Source of the DNA: Marsupella aquatica
Taxonomy: Eukaryota; Plantae; Marchantiophyta
DNA: 64,000 nucleotides
Reading direction: 5' to 3'
NCBI GenBank assembly: GCA_973895155.1
Contig: OZ316891.1
Span: 25,295,899-25,359,898 of the forward strand
Below the pieces are notes generated by a model. It was not told the origin of the DNA and searched no databases. It worked only from the letters and a program-made list of their open reading frames with translations. The position numbers and the translations under genes were made by a program. Positions 1 through 13,905 of this stretch are shown piece after piece; position 1 is the first letter of the stretch, and every line of letters starts with the position of its first letter.

Positions 1-221
1 GTTCTAGCTATTCCACTCCCTTGTTTGTCACGGTGTTCTAGCTGTCGAATGAAGTTGTCGATAATCTTATCGGACTTTGCATTCCATGCTCTAGCTAGTT
101 TGTCATTACAATAATTTCAAAAAAAGATATCATTATAGCTTTGGAGAACAACATAGTCCCAGATGTTCATGACTGCGACCATCCTCATGGGAACGATAAC
201 CATTATAACTTAACCTTTACA
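1..221. mobile_element. Probable terminal part of an LTR, truncated by the window edge
   Basis: Ends in TTTACA exactly where the transposase ORF stops. Shares CATGGGAACGA near its end with the solo LTR at 48881-50661. No second LTR or TSD is visible. Confidence 0.3.
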
Positions 222-1844
222 CTAGCTTCTACTATCAACGACCATAGTGTCCATCATTGCATTTTGAATGATTCGTCTTGTTTGTACAAGGAGAGTACTA
301 TTTGCCAATAACGCAAAGTTATACGCATAAACGACAGTTTCTGCTAGGGACAATTCATCCTCCAATACTTTGCTAGACAAAGCTTCTTTCTCCGGATAAT
401 ATTTGCCTTCAATTGCAAACTCCTCTTTCGAATCCATTGCATACCAAGTGATTTTAATTTGCTCGGGGATGTCGTTAATTTTTGTGAGAATCTTAGTCAC
501 TTTTGCCATCAAGAATGGTCTTCCTGTTGGATCCTAATGGCCTGCTACACATATCATTGCAAATTTAGTATTCACCTCTAGATCCTTGAAGTCTCCAATT
601 TCTGTGACTTTTCTTCAACTTCTAGAATACATGACTGTCCTCACACCCGCTATTTTATCAACCAAGATAGGTTCCATTGCTCCTCCCGTAGGATTGGTCG
701 TAGGTTCCCTCTGTACGTTTACCTTGGGCCAACTCAAATCAAAACTCCATTGTGCAGGTTTCAGGTGGTGCTGAATCACTTCTTTTTGTTTGTCAAAAAA
801 ATGACCCCACCATAGCCGATCTTTGTCGTCAAAGTAATTGAATCCATCTTCAATTGCTCTCTGATACTTTTGAAGAGTCAAAAAATGATTTTGTGCCGCC
901 CGCTCGTCTTGTTCCTCAGTATCATTCTCTTGATCATCATTGTCTTCTGTCGCTCCTGTGGCCGACTTCAATGTCATTTGTGGTGCGACCCACATTCCAG
1001 ATGAAGGAATGTACCGAACAAATTCCACGGGCTCCCCCCAATCAGTTGTCGTTGAAAGATGTTTGGCATGGAAGACAGACCGAGCACTTCCATCTTTGAG
1101 TACTCTCGTAATCCAAAATTGTTTCTGAGCACTTATGTTGTGGAGAGTACGCAAAACCTGACCATCCATGTTGTTGTCATTTGCTTGATCCTTGTCAGAC
1201 ACAAAGTTTTTGAAATCGGCAACCTCATCGACAAAAAATATATTTGCCGTAGGATTGTAGGATTCCTCTATGATTGCGGAAAGAGTGTCCAACCAAAAAG
1301 CTTTTTGCTTGTTCAATTTTGAAGAAAACTTGCTAAATATTTGATCAATTTGATCATGGGTGTGCCCCACCAACAGAAAACCAACCTTTATTTTTTGGAA
1401 AACACCTATCTCCACCAACATGTTCAAATATGTCATAAGATATTTATTCTTGTTTTCCTGAGCAGTTATCAAGCTGGAGGTAAAGCATTGGAGGAAGCGG
1501 ACCTTCACATGTATTCAAAATATGCTAAATAACTTGGATGGTCAGGTTGCTATCATTGTGAATATTTGGATAGTTCAAAAAAACATTTGAACTCAATTCT
1601 TTGTTGAAGATCAAACAACCCACTACGTGCGGGACTACGTGTACAGGGATGAAATACTTCTCATCCATATTCTTCGGACACCGAATGAAATGAGGTAACT
1701 CTGTCTTATTTTGATCCATTCCATCAATACAAATACCCAAATATATCTCCGGACTCTTGTAACATTTGCTCCGGTGCTTTGCTAACTTCTCCCTCTCCAT
1801 TGCTTGTGCCTTCCGATGCTCGTTTAGCAATGTTGAGAATTTTC
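222..1844 (-). pseudogene. DUF7869/Sola-like DDD transposase copy 1, 3' exon (frameshifts and stops)
   Basis: Motifs GICIDGMDQNKT, ENKNKYLMTYL and FLLVGHTHDQIDQIFS across ORFs 1525-1830, 615-1508 and 222-512. Splice acceptor TTGTAG at 1850-1845 is at the same codon position as the intron in copy 2. Confidence 0.75.
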
Positions 1845-2109
1845 CTACAATAATAAAAATGTTTAGGACTTTGCTGGCCAGACAACGATAAATTTATGGG
1901 GTTCAGTATTCAAACACTTGATTTGATAACCATAATGTTAAACCGTGACAACAATAAATTTATCGGGATAAGTATTCAAACTGTTCAAATGATATATTCA
2001 CACACATTGACTCTCCCGTTGGTCACCCCTAGCCGCCGACGCTTAGCACGCCCTAACCCTAATTGTGTTCTCTCCCCCGGCGTCCTTACTTCCAGCCTCG
2101 GCCCGGGTG

Positions 2110-2519
2110 ACCTTGTAGCACACCCTCTGTTACTCCAAAGAAAGATTTATCGGGGTGTAACTTGAGACCTACCTCTCTACATCTCTTGAAGGTTTTCCTG
2201 AGGTATTTAGCATGTTTCGATGCCTTCCCAAATACTACAAAGTCATCAATGAAGATTTCCATGAATTTTCTCAAGTAGTCATAAAAAATGTTCACCATTA
2301 ATCGTTGGAACATAGTTGGTGCGTTACAGAGTTCAAATGGCATACGATTGAAGACATAGATCCTCCATTCCATGATGAAGGCTGTCTTGATTTGGTCCTC
2401 TTGCCTAATCCTGATTTGGTTATAACCAGAGTACCCATCCATGAATGAGTATAGTTCATGACTGGCTACCATGTCTAACACCATATCAGTAAAGGGTCAA
2501 GGAAAATGATCTTTCAATG
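2110..2519 (-). pseudogene. Ty3/gypsy reverse transcriptase fragment
   Basis: SFMDGYSGYNQI, MPFELCNAPTMFQR and FIDDF RT motifs. Confidence 0.85.
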
Positions 2520-4187
2520 TGTCAAACACTTGTCAAGGAGCTTAAGCGGCTTTTCTCCCCAAAAGACTACCTAATACCTGCTCCATATCATACCAGGGTC
2601 ACAAAGGATTGACAAAACTTCTGAAATGTGCCTACAATGACTAATCACTCCATACATAAGTAGTTTTAACTCTCCACTTCTAGAGAGGTAGTCCCCTTGA
2701 CTACTTTTGTACTCACACCCTTCCCCTCTCCTCTACTCCAAGGATCAGCAAGGGGGATCTCCGCTCCAAGCTGTCACCTTAGAGAAGAGTCTCACACAAA
2801 CACCCAAGAACCAAAGTACTTTCCTCTTCAAGCTTAAGTCTCCTCAAGACCCTCAAAGTAGTGTTACCCCTCAACCTTGCCCCCCTGCCCTTTGTTTGGG
2901 TCCACACATCCCCTTTGAGCTCTAGAGAAGGCTCCTCTATCTAAGGACTCTTCCTCTTGTTCTTACTTCTTGTTAACACCACACACCAAGCAAAATACTT
3001 TCCACCCTCAAGCTATAATCCTCTCTAAGTCTCAAAGTAGTGCTCTATCTTAACCTTGCCTCTTGGCCTTGGTTTTGTACTAGCACATCCCCTTCAAGCT
3101 TAGACCAAGATTACATCATAGCATGGACTCTTCTCTTGCTCTCATATGCTTCAAATGCACTCACACTTAATGGTCACAATGAAGATTGGCAAGTCTCCTT
3201 TTATTGCATCACCTTTACAACAAAAGTTCACTACAAATTCTCCACACTAAGCATGGACCACCTCTCCCTTCTCAAGCTTAGCCCTACCTTGGCAAGGTAG
3301 AGATTCCACTTAAGAGATGAGACTCCCGGTCCCTAACAAAGGAAAACTTTCTCCTTATATACTATTCTCCTTCCACACCACACCAAGCTTGACCTGAGGT
3401 CCAAGTACTCCTCCCCCAAGTCCTCCTAACACACAAAGTCCAACTCGATAGTTTGTAGCTCACTCTACAACCTATTGCTTGACTCCTTCCAAGCCCTGGA
3501 ATATGCCACACATGAGTTGCATGCTTTGACCTCCAAACCTGCTCTCACTTATGGTCCTCCTCACCAGCTTCCCAACCCACTTGAAAGCTCGCAAAAAGAG
3601 TGAGTGAGTCTCAAGTTGTGTCATGTCAAAGTTGGCTCCTTATTTACTAGTCCTTACTTACTACCCCGACCTATCAACTTACTTTCCTTACCCTAACGGC
3701 CTTGCACCTTTACCCTGAGGTACTCTCTTCTCCATGTATCCTAACTTGGGTGACACGGGTGCAAGAAGTGTCGGCCTAAAAACTTGGTCTTACTTCCCCC
3801 ATGCCGACTCCCATTTGCAAGCTACGGGGACCCCACGTGGCCTCCGCTAAAAATATATTTGAGTGATTATTTTTCTGGGTTTCCACCTTCATCAAGGGGT
3901 GCCTTACCTTCCCCTAACTCAGCACAAAAAACTTTGGGCCCCAACGGATACCCCTAGCCAAAGTTATGCCCATTCTCCCAAGGCCTATTTTTGGTCCTTA
4001 CCCCTCTCCTCCTCTGGTCTTCCCCTGTTGGTCACCCCTAGCCGCCGACGCTTAGCGCGCCCTAACCCTAATTGTGTTCTCTCCCCCGGCGTCCTTACTT
4101 CCGGCCTCAGCCCGGGTTCCATAGTCACCCTTAATTGTTTATATTTTCCTTGTTTTTGTTCCTATACTAAGGTGTTTCCAGGGTACA
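2520..4187. mobile_element. LTR-like non-coding insertion; its 4022-4117 segment is duplicated at about 2014-2108
   Basis: TGTCA...GTACA ends, about 95-bp near-identical direct repeat, adjacent gypsy RT fragment; no TSD found. Confidence 0.45.
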
Positions 4188-4214
4188 CTCCTGCTTTACC
4201 ATGTAAACCGGGCT

Positions 4215-4472
4215 AGTGATTCCTGGCTAGGCATCACAATTCCTTAGACAGAAATTATCACAACAGGGATACTTATAAATTTCTTTCATTTTGTTTCTAT
4301 TCAATTTATCATTTATCACATTGTCTATCCTAGTAATTTGATCTCTATCGTTTTTACTAGGCTCATTTGACTTCTCTATAGCCTGAAATCCGATGATAAC
4401 ATTGGCATTTTTGGGTCCTTCAGGTACCTCGTGAATAGATGCATCACTCTCTACTGAGCTACCATCCTCCAT
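4215..4472 (-). pseudogene. Probable 5' part of transposase copy 1, separated by the gypsy-derived insertion
   Basis: ATG at 4472, ORF MEDGSSVES...YKYPCCDNFCLRNC (Cys cluster), same strand as and upstream of the core. Confidence 0.45.
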
Positions 4473-4679
4473 ATATCTCCTTGACGCATTTAGAGGGGCA
4501 CTGAAAAGGCGACTATAACTATTAACACACTGACGGACCAAACGAGAAGTGTGACTACACTTCTCATTTTGCACGCGGCGAAAAAAGTTTCTAAGGCAAA
4601 AAAGTCTTGGATACGGAATTAGTATTCCCACTAAAAACTAGTTTTTCGAATTGAAAAAATGGGAAAAATTGACACGAAT

Positions 4680-5415
4680 ACGAAGATGGGATACAGCGTA
4701 TCCCATTTCGGATCCAACCGCGGAATTCCAAAAAAAAAAGCAACGTAGTAAAAGTGCCGATATTGGTTTAACCGACAAGAATATTCCAAAACAATTCTTC
4801 TCAACGGTAATATTTAACCGTCTGCGATGCAACTACAATCAAATACTAACCACGGTCAGTGAGAAAACTATAAATAGGAGATCATCGCTTGAGAATTTTA
4901 CGCTCATTTTTTCTCGTTCTGTGTACTCTTACTCTTGATGAATGCATACCGTCTATACAAACTCGTATTCCCCAAAAATCAGTTTTGACGAACAGGTGAG
5001 AATCTTCCTGAAATGGCGAGGACAAATCCCAAATGGGATACGGCGTATCCCGTTTGGGATTCAACCCTAAAATTTCAAGTTTTTGTTTTACATTAGCTAA
5101 AAAAGGAGGTTGGATGCAAAGTGGGATACGGGGTATCCCATGTCGCATCCAACCTCCGAATATGAAGTATCGTAGACTCCAAATATCAAAACCTCAACGT
5201 TGAATGCAAAATGGGATACGGCGTATCCCGTTTGGGATTCACTCTTCAAATGTCCAATTTGATTTCTCTTTAGCTAAAAAAGGAGGTTGGATGCAAAGTG
5301 GGGGTATCCCATGTCGCATCCAACTTACGAAAATGAAGCATCTTAGACTCCAAATGTCAAAACCTCAACGTTGAATGCAAAATGGGATACGGCATATCCC
5401 GTTTGGGATTCACTC
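4680..5415. repeat. Palindromic repeat family A, cluster 1 (core TGGGATAC-N3-GTATCCCA)
   Basis: Cores at 4687, 5034, 5122, 5212, about 5299 (partly deleted) and 5383; arms extend as TTGAATGCAAA...TTCGCATTCAA; about 88-90 bp spacing. Confidence 0.9.
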
Positions 5416-6114
5416 TTCAAATGTCCAGTTTTGATTGTCCATGTGGTATTTACCTAGAGTTTATTTGAATGATGGGAAAAACCTTATGGATTACTGATTG
5501 TTTTGCAGGCAAAGTTCAACTGAACTGTACGCACAAGCTCTTGCTGCCTTTCAGTGACCGACACCCACTCAAGCTTAAGCTTTCCTTGAAAAACAAAGTT
5601 TTCTCTTGTGAATCTAATGGCGGTCCAGAATCAAAACCTTGAGAAACGTGCTCGTCGATTGTATAAGCGATTAGTTGCACTCAAAGTTCTTTGTCCTGGC
5701 TTAGGCGCGCTATGGACGGGAGGCGTGGATCCACATGATAGTTTGAATCCACTCCAAATTGAGTTTTGTGAAAAAAATGAGGACGTAGTTCTGATTCAGT
5801 CGAGGATATGTTTGAGTGGTTGTCTGCACTCTGTTAATTCTTCTTGTAACTATTGTCGTGATGCCCAAAACAAATATCATCGATTGGCATATTTTTGTTG
5901 TCGGATTTGGAACAAAGATCCTTGGGTTAACTTATCGTGTTGAATTTTCTTGATTAGTGTGTAAGTGTTTAGGTGAACGTTCTTGGGTCAAACATTTTGT
6001 GAATATATTTTTCTTTTGATCAAAGAAATAAAATCAGTTTTTCCATCACTATTTTGTAGGTTGCTGAGAAAGAGCTCACCATCTCATTTATTACTCCAGG
6101 TATCCACTCTTGGA

Positions 6115-6951
6115 ATGGCAGTCACTGAGAACCCTGTCTTTACAAGGTTAGCGATGTCATTCGACAAAGAGAAGAAACAAATTCAACAAAAAAGTGGCCA
6201 AAGGGAATCCAGATTGCTTTTGGATGGATTTCCTGATGAGATTGTTGAAACGTTCATTTGGCCCATTTTGAAAGTTTGTTGTATAGAGGATGAGTTTGAT
6301 TCCTCCAAGAACCAAGCTGATGAAAGATTGATGCGATTAAAAACCATGGTGTGGCTTGGATGCACCTTCAAGAAATGGAATCAGCTCGTAATTTGTACAC
6401 GAGTCTGGGGTATTCTTAGACTAGCAAAAAGCCAGCTTGAGGAAGTAAATGAAATGCTGACAAGCATTCCCGATGGAAAACCCCTTCAAAATGTTCATAT
6501 TGAAGCTTTTGTTAGGATGGAAACAACAAATCTTCCTCCAATCGATTTCTTAGGTTTATTTTCAAGGTCTGACCTAAATTGATTTCAAGAAGACTGGCAC
6601 AATCTTGAGAAAGATGAGCAAGCGAGGCTCTTGGAAATGTATGGGGAAGCTTCTAGTCTGGTTTAGAGTCATCTTGAATGGGCTCTTTGTAAAGACTCTT
6701 TTTAAGAATATCAACTTAGTTTATTTTGTGGCACAATTCCGAATGAATAAAGAGTTTTGTGATTACCCTTGCATCAACCCGATTTGCTACGCGTAAAATC
6801 TATTTGGTTGAATACAAGGACTTGGGGATATGCCTTATCTCTAGTCCCATCAAGAGAAAAAAATATACATAGACATCCGGACTCCAACCCTACGCTTTTG
6901 GATACACATTATCGCCTGTGGAAATCTTATAGCCTGTGGATACGAAGGTGA
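6115..6951 (+). pseudogene. Degraded ORF with an F-box-like motif, possible cargo gene
   Basis: LLDGFPDEIVETFIWPIL...WLGCTFKKWNQLV resembles the F-box LPxEI...VCKxW pattern; broken into several ORFs. Confidence 0.35.
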
Positions 6952-7143
6952 TAAAGTATAAATAGGAGTGCCTGGTCAGAAAAATTACTCTCATTTCTGT
7001 TTCTTCTCAACTTTGTTTACCTTTGCGTTTTTCTTGGGCCGCAACATCTCTATAGCTTTTTGTATTTGCTCGAATCAAAACCAAAAACTAGGTAAAAACT
7101 GAAAAACTCTCCCCTCCTTGTTTGGTGAATTGTTGAATCCTGA

Positions 7144-10100
7144 TGTTAGATATTGCTCTAGTCTTGTAACTCTTGTGCTAACCACAGTTAGGCTAACTCG
7201 GGTTAGGACCTAGCTAAGGTTAGCGGTAGTGCTATTGTGCATATAGCCAGGGCTGATGCCAGACCCTGGTGGAACATAGGCTCATTGTTACGGAGCTAGT
7301 TGAGAGATAGGAAGAGCTTGTGCTGTGGATGCTTGGTATGGCCGGTCGGCCTAGAGTGCAGTAAAGCTCTTGTGTGTTCCCGTGGACGTAGCCTCATGTG
7401 GAGGTGAACCACGTATCTCTCTGTGTCAACTATTCTGCGTTGGATGGTTCATGGGCTTGCCGTTGCGAATGTCGTCTATGCTCAACAAGTGGTATCAGAG
7501 CAAGCCTGGGAGGTGACGTTGAGGTGATCAAATTTTTCGTGACGTGTTGGTGACGGTTTTTCCAGCGGTTAGAGTCGGTGGATTTCACGGAGTTCTGTCG
7601 CATGGAACTTGGAGGTGTTGGGCTCAACGGATAGATCGGGGCAAGGGCTTTCCGACGGTGCAAAGAAATCTCTGAACAAAGTTCGTGGTGCGGAGGAATT
7701 CATGTTTCCATCATTCTGGATTTTTTGTGATTCGTGTACGACGGTTTTCTTCGACGGTTCTTTTGGGGGGGAACTGAGATCGTTTTCTCGACGGTGTGAG
7801 CTTTGTGGTGCGCGAGGCGTCACAACCTTTAGCTCAAATCGTAGATCGGGCAAAGCTGATCGTTTCGGTAGCTGGATTGCTACCGAGTTGTTACCGAGTG
7901 CGACGTGACGAGTGAAGGAGGCGTTCAGGTTTTTTTTTTTTTCACAAGCTATGGAGCTTGTTCTCATCTGAACCGGGTTTCTCTTCGTGACGTCCGACTC
8001 GGTGGAAGAAATGCGAAGTGCTACGGCTCAACGATTTGCTCGCGGTGAGGCGGTTGTTTTGAGCCCGGGATTGGCACTTGATGCGGAGTGAAGGCGACGC
8101 GACGGAATTTTTTTTAATTCTGCTGGAGCAGTAGACTGCGCCGGTGCAATTCGGCAACATTTCCCGTCGGCGGCGTTCACTTTCCTCACTTAAAACAGCG
8201 GCGTTCAAGGTGTGTAAACGGCTTTTTTGTTTTAAAGTCCAATCTTGGCTTAGGTTAGGGCCACTTTTGGTGTGTATGCACACCCTCCCGGCCCTTGGTC
8301 CCCCATTGTTTCCCCTTGTACGCCCGACCCCCCCCCCCCGCACCTTGTTTTCCCCTCATCCTTCAGCTGCGGCGACGAGCTGTGCAACACCGGCCGGCAC
8401 TTTTTTGCGCGCTCGTACGCCCTCCGCCATACTGTGTCGGTCGCTACCGTGGCACCGCCCTGTCATCGTATGCCCAGCCCTTTGCGGCTCTACGCCGCTT
8501 GTACGCGGCTGTACCCTCGTCCCGCCCCGACGCCAGCCATACGCCCTTCGTACCCCCGGCCCTTTACGGGTTAGTTTAGGTTTTAAGGGGCTTCAAGCAC
8601 CCCCTTTAGTGCCCACTTTTAGCCTTTTTTCCCTCTCATTAGTTTGTCCCATGTGCCGGGACCTGCCGCCCTCCGTTTTAACCGCTTGGACAGGGGGAAT
8701 TGCCCCCTGTGAGACCTGTTGTACTATGTGAGAATATTCCCGAAAAATAGAGAGCTGTTTTTTGGCCGTCCGACAAAGATTCTGTCCGCCAAACGGTAAC
8801 TTTTTTGGTTCTTTTTCGGTGAGGACGTTGCCACTGGAGTTAGCAACGCGGCGCAACGATCACATCGCGATTCCGACGACGGGTTGTACTGGGTATTTTG
8901 GTTATTCTCTGAGGTGGTCAAAACGGGGGAGTTTCCCAAGGTTTTACCCACCCCGACCAAAATTTGAATAATTTTTCCGTCGAATTTTGATTTTGATTTC
9001 GGCTTTCAGTATTGGACTCCTAGCTTCATGGGCTACGCGGCGGTGTTGAGTTTTGAGTTTTATGAGAAGTTTCGAAAAAAGACATTTTTTTGTGATTGTT
9101 TCATATGAGTGACTCGGGGGATACTGGAAGAATTGGAGTCGGTGGAGCTTCAGGATCGCGACGGTCAAACAGTGAGTCTGAGGAGGAGCTGCTACCATTT
9201 GAGGAGGAACTTGTAACACCGGTACAATCACCGGTGCGACGTGCAGTGGAGGAAGCTGTACTACTACCAGAGCTGTCGGTAGTAGGGAAGAAGAGGGAGA
9301 TGGCTAGATTTGGAGGAGTGAAGTTTGAGGTGGAGAAGTACGATGGTCGTACTGATTACTTGCTCTGGGAGAAGCAAGTGAAGGGTGTTCTACGGGCCAT
9401 GGGCTTAGCTCATCTGCTTTCATCGCGAGAGCAGTATGATGGAGAGGAGGAGATTTCTTTGAGACAGTGGAGACAGGAGTAGGTGATTGCTGTCAATGCA
9501 GTGATTCTATATCTCAAGCCGCACATCATCAAGCAGCTGGATGATTATGCGGATTGCGCGTCACTGTTCAAGGCTCTAAGAGAGAAGTACTACCGAGAAG
9601 ATGCGTCAGACCGGCTGTACAAGAAGTCTCTCTTGATGAGCCTCAGACTCAAGGAAGGGAGCAAGATGCAGGATCAGCTAGATGAGTTTGACAGTCTAGC
9701 GGTTGATCTGTCAAACCTGGGAAAAGGAGTTGAAGATGAGGATAAGGCCTTGCTTTTGCTAAGCTCCTTACCGCCGTCATATCAGGGCTTGAAACAGGTG
9801 CTCTTGTACAAAGATCTGAAGTCCATTTCGTATAATGAGGTGGTAAGCTCTTTATTGTCTGATGATGCTCAGAAGAAGCTGGGTCAATCACAGACAACAT
9901 CTTCTTCTGGCATTGCGCTGAATGTGAAAAGGGGAAGAGCAGCGCAGCGCGCGAATGGACAGAACAGGTTTAGATCTACATCACGGGGGAGATCTAAATC
10001 CAGAGGGAAATCGCAAGAGAGGAAGCCTCTTGCATGTTGGAATTGTGGCAAGCCTGGCCACATGAAAAGGGATTGTCGAGTAAAGGTCCCTACTGCCTCT

Positions 10101-13100
10101 GCTAACGCGGCATCGAGCTCGCATGAGGTAGATTTACTCGATGATGATGACATATTGTGATGTCAAGGTTATGCTCTCAACGTAGTGTCAAATCCAGGTA
10201 GTGATGACTGGATTCTAGATAGTGCATGTACTTTTCACATTTGCTCTAGAAGAGATTGTTTCAGTTCTTACACGGTTTCCAACGGGTCAGTGTTGATAGG
10301 AAATGGAATCCCATGTCAAGTTGTTGGACTTGGATCTGTAAGATTTCAGATGTTTGATGGTGCTGTGAGAACATTGAGGAATGTGAGACATATTCCCAGC
10401 ATGATGAAAAATCTCATTTCACTTGGAGTTTTAGAGGCAAATGGCCATCAGTGGAGTTTTGCTAATGGTGTCCTTCAGGTTTCAACTGATACTAAAGTTG
10501 TATTGAAGGGAAAGAGACATTGCAATCTATACGTTTTGGAGGGCAGTGTAGTCTGTGATGAAGCCAATGTAACCTTATCTCATGAGGAGACGGCCCGGCT
10601 GTGGCACTTCCGTTTGGGCCACATGAGTGAAAAAGATTTGGTTATTCTTCAGAAGAAAGGATTACTTTCTAATTTGCAATCCTGTAAGTTGCAATTTTGT
10701 GAGCACTATGTGCTAGGGAAGCAGCACAGGAAACCCTTCGGAGTTGGAACTCACACCAGCAAGGAGGTACTTGAGTATGTACATAGTGATGTGTGGGGTC
10801 CAGCCCCTACTCCCTCACATTCTGGACGGTTATATATGTCACGTTCATAGACGATTACTCAAGGTATGTGTGGATATACTTTCTACACAATAAGTCTAAT
10901 GTTTTTGCCACTTTTAAGGAGTGGAAAGCCCAAGTTGAGAATCAGACTGGTAATAAGGTGAGATATCTTCGATTGGATAATGGCGGTGAATACAATTCCG
11001 GGGAATTTGGAACGTATTGTAAGGAGCAGGGGATTACCCGCCATCTCACAACAAGTTATACTCCTCAGCAGAATGGTGTTTCTGAGAGACTCAACCGAAC
11101 ACTATTGGACCGCTCGAGGAGTATGTTGAGTCAATCATGCTTACCACATGAGTTTTGGACTGAAGCTGTCAACACTGCAGCTTATTTGGTAAATTTTTCT
11201 CCATCCAGTTCTATTGGATTCAAGACGCCATTTGAAATGAGGTACGAGCGTCCAGCAGATTACTCACATCTGAGGATTTTTGGATGTGATGCTTATGTGC
11301 TTACACCTTCCCAGCTTCGATCCAAGTTGGAGTCCAAGTCGAAGAAGTGCATTTTCCTTGGTTATCAGAAAGGTGTGAAGGGTTATAGGTTATGGGATCC
11401 AGTAACCTGTAAGCTAATTGTCAGTAGAGATGTGTCCTTTAATGAATCCAGATCATCAAAGGAGGGGGAGAGTTCTCAGGACTCCCATACTGACAAGGGG
11501 AAATCTCCCATCCCGGACCGGGTTGAGGGGGAGATTAGTCATGATGCAGTTCATGACAGGAGAGATGGAGAAGCTCCGGGCTTGGAGCTGGTTCCTGTGA
11601 TGGAACAAGAGGAGCAGATTGTTGCTAGGGTACCTCAAATTCAACCAGCAGCAGCAGCAGATCAGCCTGAGTCATCTACTAGAAGAACTTCCAGTCATTC
11701 TACTAAAGCTCCTACCAGGTATGGTCAATGGGCAGACTCATCTAACCTGATGATGATGACATGGCTTTGATCTTGGAAGAAGGAGAGCCTTCTTCGTACA
11801 GTGAGGCTTGTGCTTCAGAGCAGAAGCATGAGTGGAATGCAGCAATGCAGAGGGAGTTGCAATCTTTGAGTGACAACAAGACATGGGAGCTGGTGGAGCT
11901 TCCAAGAGGTCAGCAAGTGATGGACAGCAAGTGGATTTACAAGTTGAAGGACAATCCTTCAGAGGGTGGAGATAAGATCTACAAGGCAAGGCTTGTTGCC
12001 AAGGGGTTCACTCAGGAGAAAGGAGTGGACTACAATGAGGTCTTTTCACCGGTGGCTAAGTATTCCACAATTCGGATCTTGTGTCAGCTTGTTGTATTTT
12101 TTGGTCTGGTGATGGATCAGATGGATGTTGTTACTGCCTTTCTCTATGGCAACTTGGAAGAGTTGATCTTCATGAGACAGCCACTAGGCTTTATGAAGAA
12201 GGGCCAAGAGAACTTAGTTTGCAGATTGCTCAAGTCCTTGTATGGATTGAAGCAGTCTCCCAGACAGTGGAACAAGCGGTTTGATGATTTCATGCTTGCT
12301 CAAGGTTTTACAAGGATGGTGTATGATCCTTGTGTGTATACGAAATCAGTCAAGAATGATGTATTTGGTTTCATCATTCTGGTGATCTATGTGGATGACA
12401 TGCTGATTGTGGCTAAAGATCAATCTGAGGTTGACAGTCTCAAGGCGAAATTGAGTGTTGAATTCAGGATGAAGGATCTTGGTAAGGCCAAGAGGATCTT
12501 AGGGATGGAGATTTTTAGGAACTCTGAGACTGGACAGTTGTGCTTGAGTCAAGGCCAGTATGCGAGGAAAGTACTTGCACGATTCAACATGGAGAACTGT
12601 AAGCCAGTGAGTATTCCTTTAGCTTCACATTTCAAGTTATCATCGGCTTTCTCTCCTACGGATGCTGTGGAGAAAGGTCTGATGGCTAAAATTCCTTATG
12701 AGAAGGTAGTTGGGAGTCTGATGTATTTGATGACTTGTACAAGGCTTGACTTGGCCCTAGCGATGGGCAAGGTTAGCAGATTCATGTCAAATCCATACAC
12801 TGGGAAGCTGTGAAGTGGATTCTTAGGTATGTGAGGGGAACACAGGACTATGGATTACTATTTGATAACAGATCAAATAGAACGTTAGTTGGCTATGTAG
12901 ATTCTGACTATGGACGCTGTTTGGATACAAGGAGATCTACAACTGGGTTTGTATACACTCTTGGAGGAGGATGTATCAGTTGGAAATCTACCTTGCATAA
13001 GTGTATATCTCAGTCTACTACAGAAGCCGAGTATGTTGCAGCAGCAGAAGCAGCAAAGGAAGCAATTTGGTTGGATAAGTTGATCGCGGAGATGGGTTTA

Positions 13101-13900
13101 GAGCATGGAAAAATGACTCTAAACTGTGATAGTCAGAGTGCTCTTCACTTGGCTGCTAACCAGGTGATGGATAGCAGGGTGAAGCACATTGATATCAGGT
13201 ACCATTTTATCAGGCAAGCAGTGGCTGATAAAACTTTTGAGCTAGTCAAGATTGATGGAAAGCTCAATCCCGCTGATGCTTTTACCAAAGTGATTCCTTT
13301 GGAGAGTCTCTCAAGACACCGTGCTACTTTGCAGGTTTTGCAGTTGTAGTGCAAGTAGAGTTATTTAACAATGTGTGACTATTTGTATATGGATTACTCA
13401 TTCCTGTTAGGCTACGGCTTAGTTCTAGTTAACCCTTAGTTAACCCTTGTGGTTTTTAGGGGGAGACCTGGTTTGGTGATTGTCTAGAACTTCCCGCTGA
13501 GGATTCCATATGGTAGTATTTAGTCCAGTCCCCAAGACAAGAGTCAAGGGGGAGTTTGTTAGATATTGCTCTAGTCTTGTAACTCTTGTGCTAACCACAG
13601 TTAGGCTAACTTGGGTTAGGACCTAGCTAAGGTTAGCGGTAGTGCTATTGTGCATATAGCCAGGGCTGATGCCAGACCCTAGTGGAACATAGGCTCATTG
13701 TTACGGAGCTAGTTGAGAGATAGGAAGAGCTTGTGCTGTGGATGCTTGGTATGGCCGGTCGGCCTAGAGTGCAGTAAAGCTCTTGTGTGTTCCCGTGGAC
13801 GTAGCCTCATGTGGAGGTGAACCACGTATCTCTCTGTGTCGACTATTCTGCGTTGGATGGTTCATGGGCTTGCCATTGCGAATGTCGTCTATGCTCAACA
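7144..13900 (+). mobile_element. Full-length Ty1/copia LTR retrotransposon (Tork/Tnt1-like)
   Basis: 344-bp LTRs (7144-7487, 13557-13900; TG...CA; 4 transitions seen), TSD CCTGA, PBS TGGTATCAGAGC (tRNA-iMet) 7490-7501, PPT AAGGGGGAG 13546-13554. Confidence 0.97.
9105..13349 (+). pseudogene. Copia gag-pol (Gag, zinc knuckle, PR, INT, RT, RNase H) with stops and frameshifts
   Basis: CWNCGKPGHMKRDC, WILDSACTFH, LWHFRLGH, VHSDVWGP, TPQQNGVSER, YGLKQSPRQW, YVDDML, GYVDSD, KHIDIRYHF. Confidence 0.95.
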
Positions 13901-13905
13901 CCTGA

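Noticed and set aside
2051-2062. CCCTAACCCTAA / TTTAGGG as telomeric arrays (also near 4060 and 28875)
   Set aside because: Only 1-2 units, inside TE sequence
7569-9000. Overlapping ORFs in the copia leader
   Set aside because: GC-rich 5' UTR with no recognisable domain, and ORFs occur in all frames
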